DNA of 64,000 bases from Rhizophagus irregularis (lineage: Eukaryota), in assembly GCF_026210795.1 (NCBI RefSeq), contig NC_089429.1, forward strand, positions 7,626,001 to 7,690,000. Direction: 5' to 3'. Positions within the stretch are counted from its first letter, which is position 1. Each line of letters starts with the position of its first letter. The notes under the pieces were generated by a model. The model saw nothing but the letters and a program-made list of their open reading frames with translations. It made no database searches and was not told the origin of the DNA. The translations under genes and the position numbers were made by a program. Of this stretch, positions 1 to 12,886 are shown piece by piece.

Positions 1-400
1 AATATTTTCAGGAGGCCTTTATTTGTTGGCGTCGATACCAAATCAAGTGGTAGACAACGATGGATTCTTATGAAACCTCTCATATAAGAAATGTCTGATA
101 TGATATAAAAATTTCAGTCGGCCATTCCTTTTTTTTGCTGGTTTGTATGATGATTAAAATTCTTAATAATTGATGGTATAATATTTTCAGGAGGCCTTTA
201 TTTGTTGGTATACTTTACGTCGATACCAAATCAAGTGGTAGACAACGATGGATTCTTATGAAATCTTTCATATAAGAAATGTCTGATATGGATATAAGAA
301 TTTCAGTTCGCCTTCGCCTTTCCTTTTGCTGGTTTGTAGGATGATTAAAATTCTTAATAATTGATGGTATAATATTTTCAGGAGGTCTTTATTTGTTGTA
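1..400. repeat. Tandem repeat, ~180-190 bp unit (at least 2 full copies plus a partial; may continue off the left edge)
   Basis: 'aatattttcaggaggcc..ttatttgttg' recurs at 1, 180 and 371; the first two units are near-identical apart from small indels. Confidence 0.9.
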
Positions 401-2470
401 GTATTTATTATTTTTCCCATGAGAAGGTAATATTTGTGGAATATTACGAGAAGAATTATATTCGTGCCTTTATATAGTTATCGATCCGATACCGCCGGTT
501 ATTAGATCGATACTTGAGTAAACCTTCATACAAAACTGTTGTTTTGATTACCAATTTTTCACGCGATTCGATGTGGCTTTGATGATTTGACAACAATAAT
601 CAATTCAATCATTCAGCAAATCAATACCAATATATTTATTCTGTTCACAAGCCACTATTATTTGATGGTTTTTTTTATCTCACCTGCCGTTCGTGCTTTT
701 TGAATTGCGAAGATCTAGTTCATCTTTACTTATGCAAAAACCGCCGAACTGTCATGAAACTACAACATGATTCCATCATGTTCAGTTATATCCGATCGAT
801 CCGATATTCCAAACACCTGCCTACAAAAAGGAATATGTTTCAATAAAAAAATAACAAAAAACAAAAAGTTTCGTAACTAAACGAAACATACCATGAATGA
901 GATTAAGTTTATGAATTTTATATATTCCTGACGAAATTGACCCAAGAGATCAACAATTTCTCTCCAACCAAGAAATTCTTCGTAAGATCCAAGAAATAAA
1001 TATATATCCTCTTGTTATAATTTCTTAAAATGATGTAATATTTTTTTCCATTTCAATATATATAAAAATATAATATTTCTTCGTAATAGGTTACGTTAGT
1101 TACGTCCCTTATTAAAGAAATATCGTATGAGAAAGAGTAACTTGATCTTGCCAGATACGTCAGTTCTGTATGTATAGAAAAAAACAAATATTTAGAATAA
1201 AAATATCTTATTTCTTTAAAAAAAAAAATAAAAAGAATTATTTAAAATATCAAAATAACATACCCCATGTTAATTGTTAAAGGTGAAATTTATAAAAATA
1301 TGAGAAGAAAAGTAAAAGTACTGGTGCTCATTAAGAGTGGACATTTGTTCGATTTCATTTTAGTGCCCATTAGTAATGGGCGCTGTTTTAATATTATTTT
1401 TAATTGTTTAAAAATCCTAAAAGTAAATCCATCATTTGGTACTCTTGTCATTTTAAATTTCCAATTTTTATCTATCAATATCTTTATCGCCTAACAGATT
1501 CTTCATTAAACTACCGCGATTGTAAAATTTGTAAAAATAATTTTTTGAAGATACTATAAAGTTTCAACAGGTTTAAACCATTTGCCAATCAATACAAATT
1601 CCCATTATGTTTAGTTACTTTGCTGGTAGGTTCATCATTTCGTGTTAGTGCTAAAATATTTCTTTGAATATTACTATAATAATCACTATTACACATAAAT
1701 AATACAATATTTAAATATCGGATCTTTTCTATTCTATCTTCCGGCCATAATTTCGAATGCCATAAAATTTCTTCATAATAGAATACGTTGATTACGTTAT
1801 TACGTTAATTACGTTGATTATGCCATTGTTAAAATGAATACTACTATATTAACAATATTCTACTGATTTGAAAATTTCCACGATAATACATCAAAAGTTG
1901 TATAATTGTATTATTGAAATGGGATTTTGCCAAATAGTTAAAGTAGGGAACAAAAACTCGCCCTAAACCAAATTACCAAAAGTGCGAAAGAAATTCTGAA
2001 TTGAAAAAAAAACCATTAAACAGTTAGAACATATACCGTATAAAATCATTTTTAAATAAACCCTAAAAAGAAGCACTTAAAGTTTTAAAACAACATACCA
2101 TGTTGATTGTTAAAGGATCAAGTGAAAAAGAAAACCAATAACATCTTTAACACTCCTTATTACAAGGAGTCACAGTGTTGGGAAGTTTGTCCAAAACTTT
2201 TCAAATCCTAAAAGTCTGTCCAAAACCCAACACTGTGACTGACAAGGAGAGTTAAAAAAACTTTCCAAAAAAGCAAGATAGATGTTTTGATATTTTTTTT
2301 TTTATTGGGAAGTGAGATGTTTTGTGTGATATACCTCAGTATATCCAATGTTCCAATCTACATAAATTGATAGTCACGTGAATTTATAAATGTTATTTTT
2401 GAATTTTTGATACTAAAGTACGCTCTGATTTGCCAATTGTTTTAAATTCTACCTTTATTATTTATATACT

Positions 2471-2656
2471 CCCTATAAAAAATTTTATCCGTTATTTCTG
2501 TAAAAACTCCGTAAAAATGAGCCTTTCACGGATCCATTCACGGAAAATGTAAATAATTCGTTAAATTCCGGGATATAAGGTTATTAATTCCGGAAATATG
2601 AACCTTTTACGGGAAAAAAGACGGAATATAAAAAACGGATCGACTTTTTTTACAGG
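2471..2656. mobile_element. Putative MITE with CCCT(A/G)TAAAAAA-type termini
   Basis: Left 'ccctataaaaaattttatccgtt' is an imperfect inverted match to right 'aacggatcgactttttttacagg'; internal ccgt/acgg repeats; similar termini at ~23936 and 61640-61744. Confidence 0.5.
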
Positions 2657-3192
2657 ACTACAACTATACGTTCATTCGTTATTTGTGATCACGGATGTTT
2701 TAACATGCTCTGTCTGAATAATTTGCGAAATTGATATTGGGAGGACTAAGAAAAAATTCCATGATGAATAATCTTGCTTAAAATAATTTATTTATTTTTA
2801 AGTAATATTATAAAAACAACAATTAATAAATAAAAAATAATAGTAAGGAAATTTTTGTCCTTTTTTGTTTTATTCTTAGCTTTTCTTATCTCAATTAATC
2901 TAAATACTCCGGCGTAGAATTATCTCGCATTTTATAAATTCGCTCCTACATGACGTATCTAAACATCATACGTTTACATACAAGAGGTTTATAATTTTCT
3001 CATTATTCTTGCATCTTTCTTGCGTTAATTTTGTTACTATGACGGAGAAACGAAAAATTTCTTCAAGTATTGCTGAATACAGTAATAAAATTTAATATCT
3101 CATTTAAATAATTCACATGATTTTTCGTTGTTGCTTCTTTCTTCAGTTTCACTTGCATTGCATACTATTTACTACATAAAATGTATTAGAGG

Positions 3193-3355
3193 TAGGGATG
3201 GGGACGACTCGATTGGTTCAGTTCGGTTCCGAACCGATACTATTGAAAAAATCGAATCAAACCCGAAAACCCGGGTCACTTCGGTCCAGATCCAAGTCAG
3301 CCGATTTGGAACCGATGTATGGAACGATTGGAACGTTGAACCTTTTCCATCCCTA
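3193..3355. mobile_element. hAT-type MITE
   Basis: TIRs TAGGGATGG / CCATCCCTA; 8-bp TSD attagagg (3185-3192) / attatagg (3356-3363), one mismatch; internal aaccg/cggtt repeats. Confidence 0.85.
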
Positions 3356-3979
3356 ATTATAGGTAGTATATTTAATAAAGAAACTAAGTTTACAATTTTT
3401 TAGTTAAAAGAAAACTCAAGTATATTTCTGCAGTTGTGCCCAATCCGAGGTATAGCAAAAAGTCAATAAATGCTAAGCTATTCGTGTAATATCCTTTGTT
3501 ACCTTAAGGCTTAAGCGCTCGAATTTCATGTTAAAAGCATCAGCCAATAGTTAGTTAAAGTAAAATTTTTTATCTATATCACTAACGATTTGTTTATTAT
3601 TTATAAATTCGGGAAAAAAATATCACAATAATAATTAGGCCAAAGTACTCACGTGAATGAACATTTAGCCAATAAAACTGTTTTGATATCATGTGATTTT
3701 ACATCAATATCAGATGTTGCTTAAACTTATCTTTTTTAACGAAAATACATGAACTTATTTTATTGAGAAATAAAAATAAAATTTGTCGAAAATGCAAAAA
3801 ATGCATGTCGTGTTTTTTCAATGGTGGTTTGCTTTACATGACACAACACACAACATTGTATAAGTAAAATGTTTATATTTGTACAAATAAACGAGGTTAA
3901 CTAGAAAGCGGTTTATTTTCACCTTACGAATCTGAGATTCACCAAAATGTGCGTGTAGAAGTTAGAAAAACAGAAGTTG

Positions 3980-6350
3980 GACCTTGGGTAAGTCTTGGTA
4001 TCAGTGCGCGAAGGGTTGGAAAACTATTATTAACAAAACATTGGGATTTATATATCTCAAGTTTACTCTTTTTCCATATGATTTTACTGCACCTTTATCA
4101 CAACCACAAGCTCCTAGCGCTTTTACAAGGCTAATGGATTTCAGGATCGACTTCCAGAACAAACGTGAAGATATACGCGTTATATTATTATATAATCATA
4201 TTATTCAACTTTTCCAGAGGTGTGTTGGTTGGCTTGGAGTTACTATGGAAAGTGATTTATTGAACGGTCTATATGGTATATAGACCCACAGTGGCTTAAC
4301 TTCGGAGATCGGACGGGTTCTGGCGCTTTTCACTGTGTATGGCCGTAACTTGAATGAGAATAAAAATTATTTATTTAAAGTAGAACAGGTTATTCAAGCT
4401 TAGAAAAGTTAAGATCAAGAGGACGTCATCTTCCATCATTATTTATCTCTCTTTCAGTATATCAGCAAATGGTGTTTATAATGAATACTATCAAAGAATG
4501 AAGAAAAAAAAACCACCACAAATTACACGCCTAGAACTTTTCAATTAGCTAATTCTCTAGAACTTTCCTTAACTTAGCCTTGGGCATCTGAAGGTTCTTG
4601 GCAAGAAGTTGTATCAAACGGTTTTGAACTACATCCATGATGAAGAAGCTTTTGATCGTCTTGAACTACTAATAATATGAAGACCTTGAAAATCCAGTAC
4701 GTGAATCATAATGTTCAGCTTATAATGACGAGGAAATTGTCATAGTTAAGATTCCGATCTTACAAATAAAGAATTATTCGACTTTGTTGATCTTGATCTT
4801 TATATACCAAATGATCTTGTAAAGAAACATAATTTAATTTTATTCGTGATATTCAATTATCTGTACCTGCAGGATTATATAGGTAAGATTCTTACTTTTT
4901 TTAAATTTTATATTTGCAATCATGTGTGTTAGTGCGTGGATGTTTGCATTATGATGAAACGATTGATGTTGAAAACATTTACTTATTATAGATATCCTCA
5001 TGGCAATTGTCTTGGAACGCTAAATTTTATATGATACTTAAAAAATTAATGATTATGAATCTCCTAAAGCACAGATACTCGCATCAATAACATAATTACC
5101 AATATGTTATACAAGACAAGTGAGTTTCAAAAGGTAATGGTATAATGAACATGATTATATATTTTTGTTAATTAAAAACTTATTACACTTTTTTTGTAGT
5201 ATTATCTAGTTTGTAATCTTTCAAAGCCAGTACTTAGAATGCTATATCATGATATAACTGGCGATGCTTCATTGGCAAATGATCAAATGAGTAAAGAGAC
5301 GGAAGAAAGGTTACGTCTTATGATGCTATTAGAACCTTCTATAATAATTGACTTAAGGACTATTAGTGGATTCCAAGGGTCAAAATTTGATATACTTTGG
5401 GACGAACTTGATGGATATTTTAATAAGGTATTATATATAATTCACAATTTAGATTTCCTGATTTCTAATAAAACATTTATTAAATTTAGTAATTATATTT
5501 TAGCATAATAATACAGTTGTTAATGAACTTCGAACAGATGCTACTCTATCTATATCTATTCGAGGGTTACGAGACAGAATTATTACTCGCCTAAATAAAG
5601 GACCTCCTCTACCAAGTGATATTTTTATTCCATCAGAAGATTGGATAAGGTCGAATTTTCACCATCCAACGCCACTACCAAGGCTATGCAGTACACTGGG
5701 CGTTTTAATGTAAAATATAAAGTACAATTTCGATTGTTACGAAAATTCAGTGAAGATGACCAAACACCGGGATTGTGCATGTTTTATCTCAGCAGATGAT
5801 CAGCATAAGGTTAAGAATGTACCAGTATCTTAAGTTGTGGGCGATTCTTTGCACAGAAGCTTGCGAAAATTTTACGCATTTTATTTACTAGAATTTTTAA
5901 ACAATTGATCAAAGCATTATCTAAGCATTGCTCAAAGATAATGAACAATTCATTGCAAATTGCTGAGTATTATGAAGATGAACAGTTCAAGAGTTGCGTA
6001 CAAAACATTTAATTTTGAAAAATGAAACATTCGAAATTGAAAATCCTTGCGTCTGAACGAAATGTCTGAGGTAATTTTTTTTTTTTGTAAATTAAATCAT
6101 TAGTTATTGTTTCATATTATTATTATTTTTTTTTAATACTTTATTTATTGTATAATTTTAAGGAATATATTGCGAATTATTCCACATTGACTAAAGAAGA
6201 AACCACTCAACAACAAATGCGAAAACACAAGCCTCTAGTAGAATTTATATATTCGTTTCAGGCAATAACATTACTTTATGTAAAATGTCTTATTTCAAAT
6301 ATTAAATAAAAAATGTAATGAAGTTTGTTATCCCGTCAGAATGCCAATTG
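3980..6350 (+). pseudogene. Degraded multi-exon DNA transposase-like gene (possibly Zator/TP36-related)
   Basis: Frame-disrupted fragments LYNHIIQLF..VGW, FIERSIWYIDP|LEKLRSRG, LRMLYHDITGDAS, KFDILWDELDGYF, IPSEDWIR, MQYTGRFNVKYKVQFRLLRK, ACFISADDQHKV. The last resembles the SxDDK first-Asp motif of Zator-like transposases. GT-AG introns, stops and frameshifts. Confidence 0.55.
4289..4350 (-). rRNA. 5S rRNA gene fragment (5' ~60 nt; non-functional)
   Basis: Reverse complement agttacggccatacacagtgaaaagcgccagaacccgtccgatctccgaagttaagccactg has the 5S 5' end, loop C (ccgtccgatc) and box A (agttaagc); no box C or 3' half. Confidence 0.85.
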
Positions 6351-7422
6351 ATGTCTTTCAAATTTATATTTCTTAAAGATTTTTGTCAGTTCCCGTGATT
6401 CTCTTATCGAATTGCTTTATGGAATATTCCCGTTTGCTATTGGTGTAGGCTTTGTAGAAAAGTAAATTATAATTAATTGTATCAGCCTATTAAAGATCAT
6501 GCTGATTTTAAAGTTAATGCCATTGTCCAATTAAATACTGTTATATCCTTACAATTAGTGATAAATAATTTGTTCCAATAATTTATATTTTTCCTGATAT
6601 TTATGATCATGCTTAATCAATGCATCTCCCATCGGTGCAAATAATGACTTCATAACTATGCCTCAAAATTTACAAATTACAAGAAAAGTTTTGTAGCTAA
6701 TTTTTTTTTCGTCGCACGTGACTTATATGAAAGTCACGGGATCTTATAAGTAGGGCTTTTGTGTTGCATAACTAATATAAATATAAATATCTTGTATCAA
6801 ATTTTTTTTAAAAACAATTCATTTATATAAAAAAAAAACTGGTTAATTAATTTACCAGTTAAATTTAAACAATATGTCTACAACACATTTCTTCACAGCT
6901 TGAAAAATAAAAGGTCAAAGAGTAAATTTATTTCATATTTGATCCTATTCCCTCACTTTTTATTAATTCAAATGTTTAATTCTTTTGGTTTTTCTTGTTT
7001 GTATTCTCATTTCTAAAAATCTTTTAAGATGGATAAAGGAAAGTAAGTTCATTACTCTTTTTCTCATTTTATATTTTGTTAATTAGTTTTTACCCTCTAA
7101 TAATTTTTTTATTTTATATTCTATAGCAGTAAAAATGAAGGGACAGAAGAATGAACAAATTGAATAATAGATATTAAAAAGTTGTTAATACTTTTTATTT
7201 ATTTTTTTTTAAAAAAAAAATAGAAATTGTTTCTAACATTTCTTTATCTTTTAACCTCTCAATTGTTGGATAAAGGCTTTACTATAATTATAATTTCAAT
7301 TTGAATGAATCTTATAGTAAATGTTGATAAAAAATTGAGTTAATTTTTATTAGATTATTTGTATTTTTAAAATTATTTTGTTTTTATGTTGATAGAGTAA
7401 ATTTTCTGAGTTAATTTTGTTA

Positions 7423-7454
7423 AGCGGAGTTCAACAGATCCGCTACCACACTAA
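7423..7454 (+). mobile_element. Possible Helitron 3' terminus
   Basis: GC hairpin agcgga-N10-tccgct, then 6 nt, then CTAA followed by T, in very AT-rich surroundings (hairpin + CTRR|T pattern). Confidence 0.4.
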
Positions 7455-8237
7455 TACTCTAATACTTTAGCAAAGATAGTCCATAAAACAAGAATTTTTT
7501 TTATATTATTTGTTTTAATTGCCAATCCGGATAAGATCGGCCCTATCATTATTATTTTTATTAATGGAGCAAATTTATTATGATTTTTTATCATTTTGGA
7601 ATCTGATCTGCGTATAAGGTATTAAAATATAATTATTGATTTATTTACTGTATATGTACATATATATACCAATTGTGTTTTTTTGACAATACTTTCATAA
7701 TTATTTCTATGCATAGTAGATTCAGACTATTAGTAATTTTATTAAGTACCTTCTCATTTTATTAGGGCTGGAGAAATTCCTCTCTTTAAACTCAAAACTT
7801 CTTTATTTTATTAATTCATAACAACGTTAGTAATAAACAGTGATAGTAATAAACGATTCAGTAATTCAGTTATTTGACTTCCAATTTTTATGTAATAAAA
7901 TTATTTAATTTACTATTTACATTTAATGTAACTTTTATGTTTTTGACTTTATTAATCAAAGAACAATTCATCTGGTAAAAAAAAGAATGATATAATTTTG
8001 TTGATCAACTTTTATTATTTTAATATTTTTAATATTTTTTTTTTTAGAGATAAAAAAAAACAATTCTTTTGTTCTTGAGAAATGAATAACTGTTGTATGA
8101 ATAACGCTTAAAAAATTTTTTTATTTACTCTAAAAATTTTAATATTTTTACATATAAACAATTTAATAATATAAAATAATCTTAAAAAATAAAGATAACA
8201 AAATAAACAAAATAATAAAAAAAAAATAATAATTTTC

Positions 8238-9293
8238 TTATGTTCTTCGCTGCCTTTTCCTGGTCTTTTTTACTGGTTTCCTAATTTCAATTAATGTTGA
8301 TTCAACTATTGGCGGTGTTGAATCTCCTTGAAGTTTATTAAACGAATTTAATAAAGACTCCCCTACAACGTTTATTCGTGATTCGAACAATTTAATGGAG
8401 TCTTCTATAATTTTATCGGTTAGTCGAAACCCGAGTTTAAATAATTTCTGTAATTTTTCAATTATAATTTCAGTACTTGGGCATACCCAATTATTCGGTG
8501 GACTTGGGGGGAAACACACGAGCAAGGTGCCCTCTACGACTAGTTCATTAAAATCACTACAGATTTCATTATATCCTATTTTTTTCCACAATATAACTAG
8601 ATCCGGGTGGATTAAAATCGCCCTTGATATTAAATTTACTTGACGGTTGTTCTCATAACCATCTCTTGATGGATAATTCTCAGTTGCACCTCCGGATGGT
8701 GATTTGTATGCTGGGGTGTCTTTTGGTCGAGGTGGGAAGGGTATAAATTTTTTATTTAAAATTAAATCTTCAATATTTTTGAGATTTTCTAAAAGGACGG
8801 CTGGCGCTTGGTTTATTGTGAGAGCTCCGGCCGTCAAATAATGAAACAATTCTAAATCGTTCCCTCTGATAGCGATATCATCTAGCTCATTAGATGCCTC
8901 CGCGAGTAATTTTATGAATATTGGCAACGGTAGTTCGCTTGCCCACGGTTTTTCTTTTGGTATATCTGTGTTGATATTATACCTCGACCTCATCTCAATC
9001 AACTTCGGATCGTAGGTACCGAATTGGATCATTAATCGTTGCATAAAATATCTTGAAATTATCGCCTTTTTAGCTAGTAAAATTTGCACAACTTCTACTG
9101 TCACGAAATGATTCCCTAGTCTGATGGCGTGAAAGAGAGCATGAGCTCTACCATATTTGTAAATAATCCATTCTGCTCGAGCGTGGGGGTCTTGGGAAGT
9201 AGAGTACCAGTTACGATTAAGAAGAACTAGGGCAATTGGTGTTAATACATATCGGAAGATTTCGACTTTCAATTCATTGCAAAGTGTTTCCAT
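8238..9293 (-). CDS. Uncharacterised 351-aa protein with F-box-like N-terminus and basic C-terminal putative NLS
   Basis: Intact single-exon ORF, higher GC than its flanks; METLCNELKVEIFRYV resembles the F-box start (LPxEl..eIf.yl); C-terminus RKPVKKTRKRQRRT. Confidence 0.8.
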   Translation of the reverse strand: METLCNELKVEIFRYVLTPIALVLLNRNWYSTSQDPHARAEWIIYKYGRAHALFHAIRLGNHFVTVEVVQILLAKKAIISRYFMQRLMIQFGTYDPKLIEMRSRYNINTDIPKEKPWASELPLPIFIKLLAEASNELDDIAIRGNDLELFHYLTAGALTINQAPAVLLENLKNIEDLILNKKFIPFPPRPKDTPAYKSPSGGATENYPSRDGYENNRQVNLISRAILIHPDLVILWKKIGYNEICSDFNELVVEGTLLVCFPPSPPNNWVCPSTEIIIEKLQKLFKLGFRLTDKIIEDSIKLFESRINVVGESLLNSFNKLQGDSTPPIVESTLIEIRKPVKKTRKRQRRT

Positions 9294-10605
9294 TATGTTG
9301 GTTTTTTTTAAAAAAAAAAATAAAAAATATATATAGGTATATATAGGTATATGGTTGAAAATTTAATTTTTTTGATTGTTGATTATTAATTTTTTTTTTT
9401 TGACGGTGTAAATTTAAAGAGAAAGGATAAAAAAAAACGACTGTATTTATATTATACCACATCTTGCACGTTTTTTTTTATTTTCTCAATAACGGTAATA
9501 ACGATAGGACGTTACTTTTTCTCTTTCATCATAAACAAAAAAGGAACTTTATTATTTCATTAGTGGAAAAAAAATTCCGGAGTTATAAAAACTGAAATAT
9601 ATATTATTATTATTTTTTTACAAAATGGTTTTTTATATTATTATCCGCATAATTATAATGTTTTATCAAAAAAAGGATAAATTTCCACTTTTATTTATTA
9701 TAACGGCTAACAACCAAACTATTTATGTACTTATTATTATCATTATTTAAAGGTGAATTTTTTTTTAAAAAAGAAAGGGAAAATCATCAAAGAGAAAAGG
9801 GAGGGGAGGGGGCTGAAGTTTTAAATAAATTAATTTATATTACTAATTAATAAATTTTTAAATTAAATGATAGGATATAATAATTAAAAATACGTATAGT
9901 TATTTTTGATTCAGATCTTCCTTTCAGTTTACTCGCATGCTTTTATCTCCAATCACGCTATCTTAATTTATATTTATTAAATAAAAATATTTATTTCAAG
10001 GGGCAACAATCAGGGAATCTTAATCTAGACCAGGTCATTTTTATACTGTTAATTATTAACTGTTATTATTAACAAAAATTATAATATTTTTAATATACGT
10101 ACTGTATGTACACATAGAAGTGACAATTGCGAAATGTGACAAAACATATTACTGTAAATAGTATAACAATTGCATTTAAATAGTAATAATAGTATAACAA
10201 TTACAATAAACATAAAAGATTTTTTTTTCCCAATTCAGAACTCTTCAGTTTACTTGCATGTTTCATTTGCTTCATCTCTCCAATCATGCTATATTTATTG
10301 CATAATAGAAAAAGAAAAATATTATTTCAAAGAGACAATAATCAGGGAATCTTGGTTGTGACATGTGATAAAACGTGATGAAAATAATTCCATGAAAGAT
10401 TTTTGTGACTAATCCAGTTCAGGTTAATGAAAATTTAATGGAATTTTATAATTTTAAAAAAATGATCTATTTTTCTAACTAAAAATTGTTAATAATAAAA
10501 TAAATTTTATTAATACAATAATTTGTAACACAATTTCAGTAATCCCCGATTCTTTTGTTGATCATTTTGCTTCAAATATTTTTCAACAGCTTTGTCGAAT
10601 AATGG

Positions 10606-10738
10606 TGTAGTTAGCCGAAAAATAATTAGCCGTAACGTGATCCGGACCTGGCTCAGGCGTAGATCGTCGTGGAATTCCAGTGGATTTTCTGCGATTAAAC
10701 CGGGTCCGGATGATCGGTCCGTTTTTCGGCTAACTACA
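10606..10738. mobile_element. MITE / foldback element
   Basis: Perfect 17-bp TIR tgtagttagccgaaaaa / tttttcggctaactaca, plus inner inverted pair atccggacctgg / ccgggtccggat. Confidence 0.8.
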
Positions 10739-12886
10739 TTATGTTTGTAGAACTTCTAATAATTAATTACTGCGACTTTTTAACGAACTAAAATTTTGAT
10801 CTTATAAAAATTCACAGAGTTTTCCCTCCTTGTCATGAAGAAAAAGTTTCGTCCACCCACCGATATTATTTGACTGAAAGTTCGAATTTTCAATCAATTT
10901 ACAAACTTCATTTATGTTTTAATTTTTGCGACTTAGACAAATTCGTAATCGACTCGTTCAAAAAATCGATCAGGTGCTAGTGACACGCGTAAAGATCTAT
11001 CCATAAATTTAAAATCTCTTTACATTATTATCGATAAAATTACCAAATATTTTACCCGAAATACATAATAATTTTATTAATAAATGATTTATATGTTTTA
11101 ATAAATATTATTATTTTGATAAATATATTATAATTTTTATATTTTCAAATATTAGTTGCTGCTAGTCACACCTAATCTTCAGGAATTAATCACTTTGACA
11201 ATAACTTTTTTTAATAAAAACGTATGTATTTTTAAGAATTTAAAATTTTATAAAAGCGGCTCAACTTCGATTATTCCTAGATACTTTGATTTTGTTAGCG
11301 TCTTTCGATTTCTTTTCCTTCTTTTTATCCTTTTTGGAGAATTCTAAGATTCTTCGATGTTCAATTATGACAGGCGTTTGGCGCTTCGCATGATAATATT
11401 CTTGTGAATTGAAACAAAATATTCCGGTTGTTTGAGCCATATTGGTTTTTTTTTAAAAAATTTGGCTTTATAGAAACCTATAATCTTTCCATCTAACGGA
11501 GGTAAAAGCTAGTAAGCCCTCAGAAAGTTCCGAAACTAAATACTCACCAAACCTAAAATCCTCAACGAATCACCTTAGAACTTATACACAAAGATCCAAA
11601 AATCTGATCTGCCTTGTCTCTGGATCATTTCAGAAACGTCCATTTGGATTTCTAAATTAGTTAAAGTTGTGGGCGTAACCCACTATGAGTTTCCTTAAGG
11701 ATCCAATTCCGAGCAGTTTTTTCAGAAAAGTAATAAGGTTTGAAATTAATATTCTTAATCACGTGAATTATTTTGGAAGTGATGTTGTGATATAATGATA
11801 TTTGAAAGTGAACTGAAACTCATATGTATAATATCATTATGCATATGTTTATGCTGAATAAAGCCAGATTCTCTCTTGATTGAACATTTCAAAGAATTTT
11901 GTAAAATTGAAGTATATTAAGGCTGAGAAGCAATGAAATACTAAATTTGATACTCATATTTTTTGATTATGCACAATCATGTAGTACTAAAAGTTTAATA
12001 TCATATTAAGTTATTCTTGTCGGAGTTAAACCCGTCAAGAAGAATTACACATCATTGGTGCGTCATAACGCACCGTGCATTTTTCTTTCTTTTTTTTTAC
12101 AAAGACTTTTTTTTTGTCAATATAAAATCAATAAATCAATTACGTATAGCTATTCCTTAATTTTTAACAAAAAAATGTAATGTTTCGTGTTAAAATAAAA
12201 TTCTAATGTTACATAAATAAGATAAGAATAAACAATTCATAGCATTTATTTTTAATATTATGTAAAAGAAATTTCCTTTCATTCAAAACAATAAATAAAT
12301 TTTATGTTATTCAAAACAATTAATAAATTTTAATGTAATTCAAACAATAACTAAGTTTCATGTAATATTGTGTTATCTTGCATTTTTTTTTTCAATAGTC
12401 AGACAACGATCCTCACTATTTTTATGCTTTTTAATTATTATATGCTATATTTAGTAATTGGTTGTTTTATTAAAACGGCACCATTTATTTAGCGCTCGAA
12501 CGAGTCACGTAATTATAAAATATTTTTATTTATAAAAAGGGTTTAAATTTTCTCAACGAAAAATTAAAAGGGATTTCATTTTTTTATTAAAAAATATAAA
12601 AACCAAAAAAAAAACAAAAACATCAAATCATTTCTAAACTACAAATTTTTCATTATCTATATATTCTATTTATTTTTACTGACATTCGCAAAACAAAATA
12701 AAAATAAAAATGCATTTACACGAAAAATAAAGTATCCCATTAGCATTTCATCCTCATCATTATCTATTCATTATCATTATTCTTTATTTAATCAAAATTT
12801 TCTTTATTATTATTCTTTTCTAATAAAAAAATTATATAAAGAATAACCATGGTTCATTACAAACCTATGAATCATAATCAAAACGC

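Noticed and set aside
690..2260. Decayed multi-exon minus-strand gene(s) with two similar segments ending PLTINM before gtatg (~1260-1290 and ~2097-2120)
   Set aside because: Splice-like signals are present, but there are too many stops and no recognisable family to support a call.
3128..3403. 91-aa ORF
   Set aside because: Reads through a hAT MITE with TIRs and TSD; non-ATG start.
4238..4350. A full-length 113-nt 5S-like RNA or SINE3 closed by agttac/gtaact with an internal ggtctatat..atatagacc hairpin
   Set aside because: 4238-4290 is better explained as plus-strand transposase coding sequence (FIERSIWYIDP); the pairing appears coincidental and box C is absent.
9905..10355. Two degenerate ~120-bp direct repeats ending aatcagggaatctt
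   Set aside because: Real but old local duplication with no coding or structural signal.
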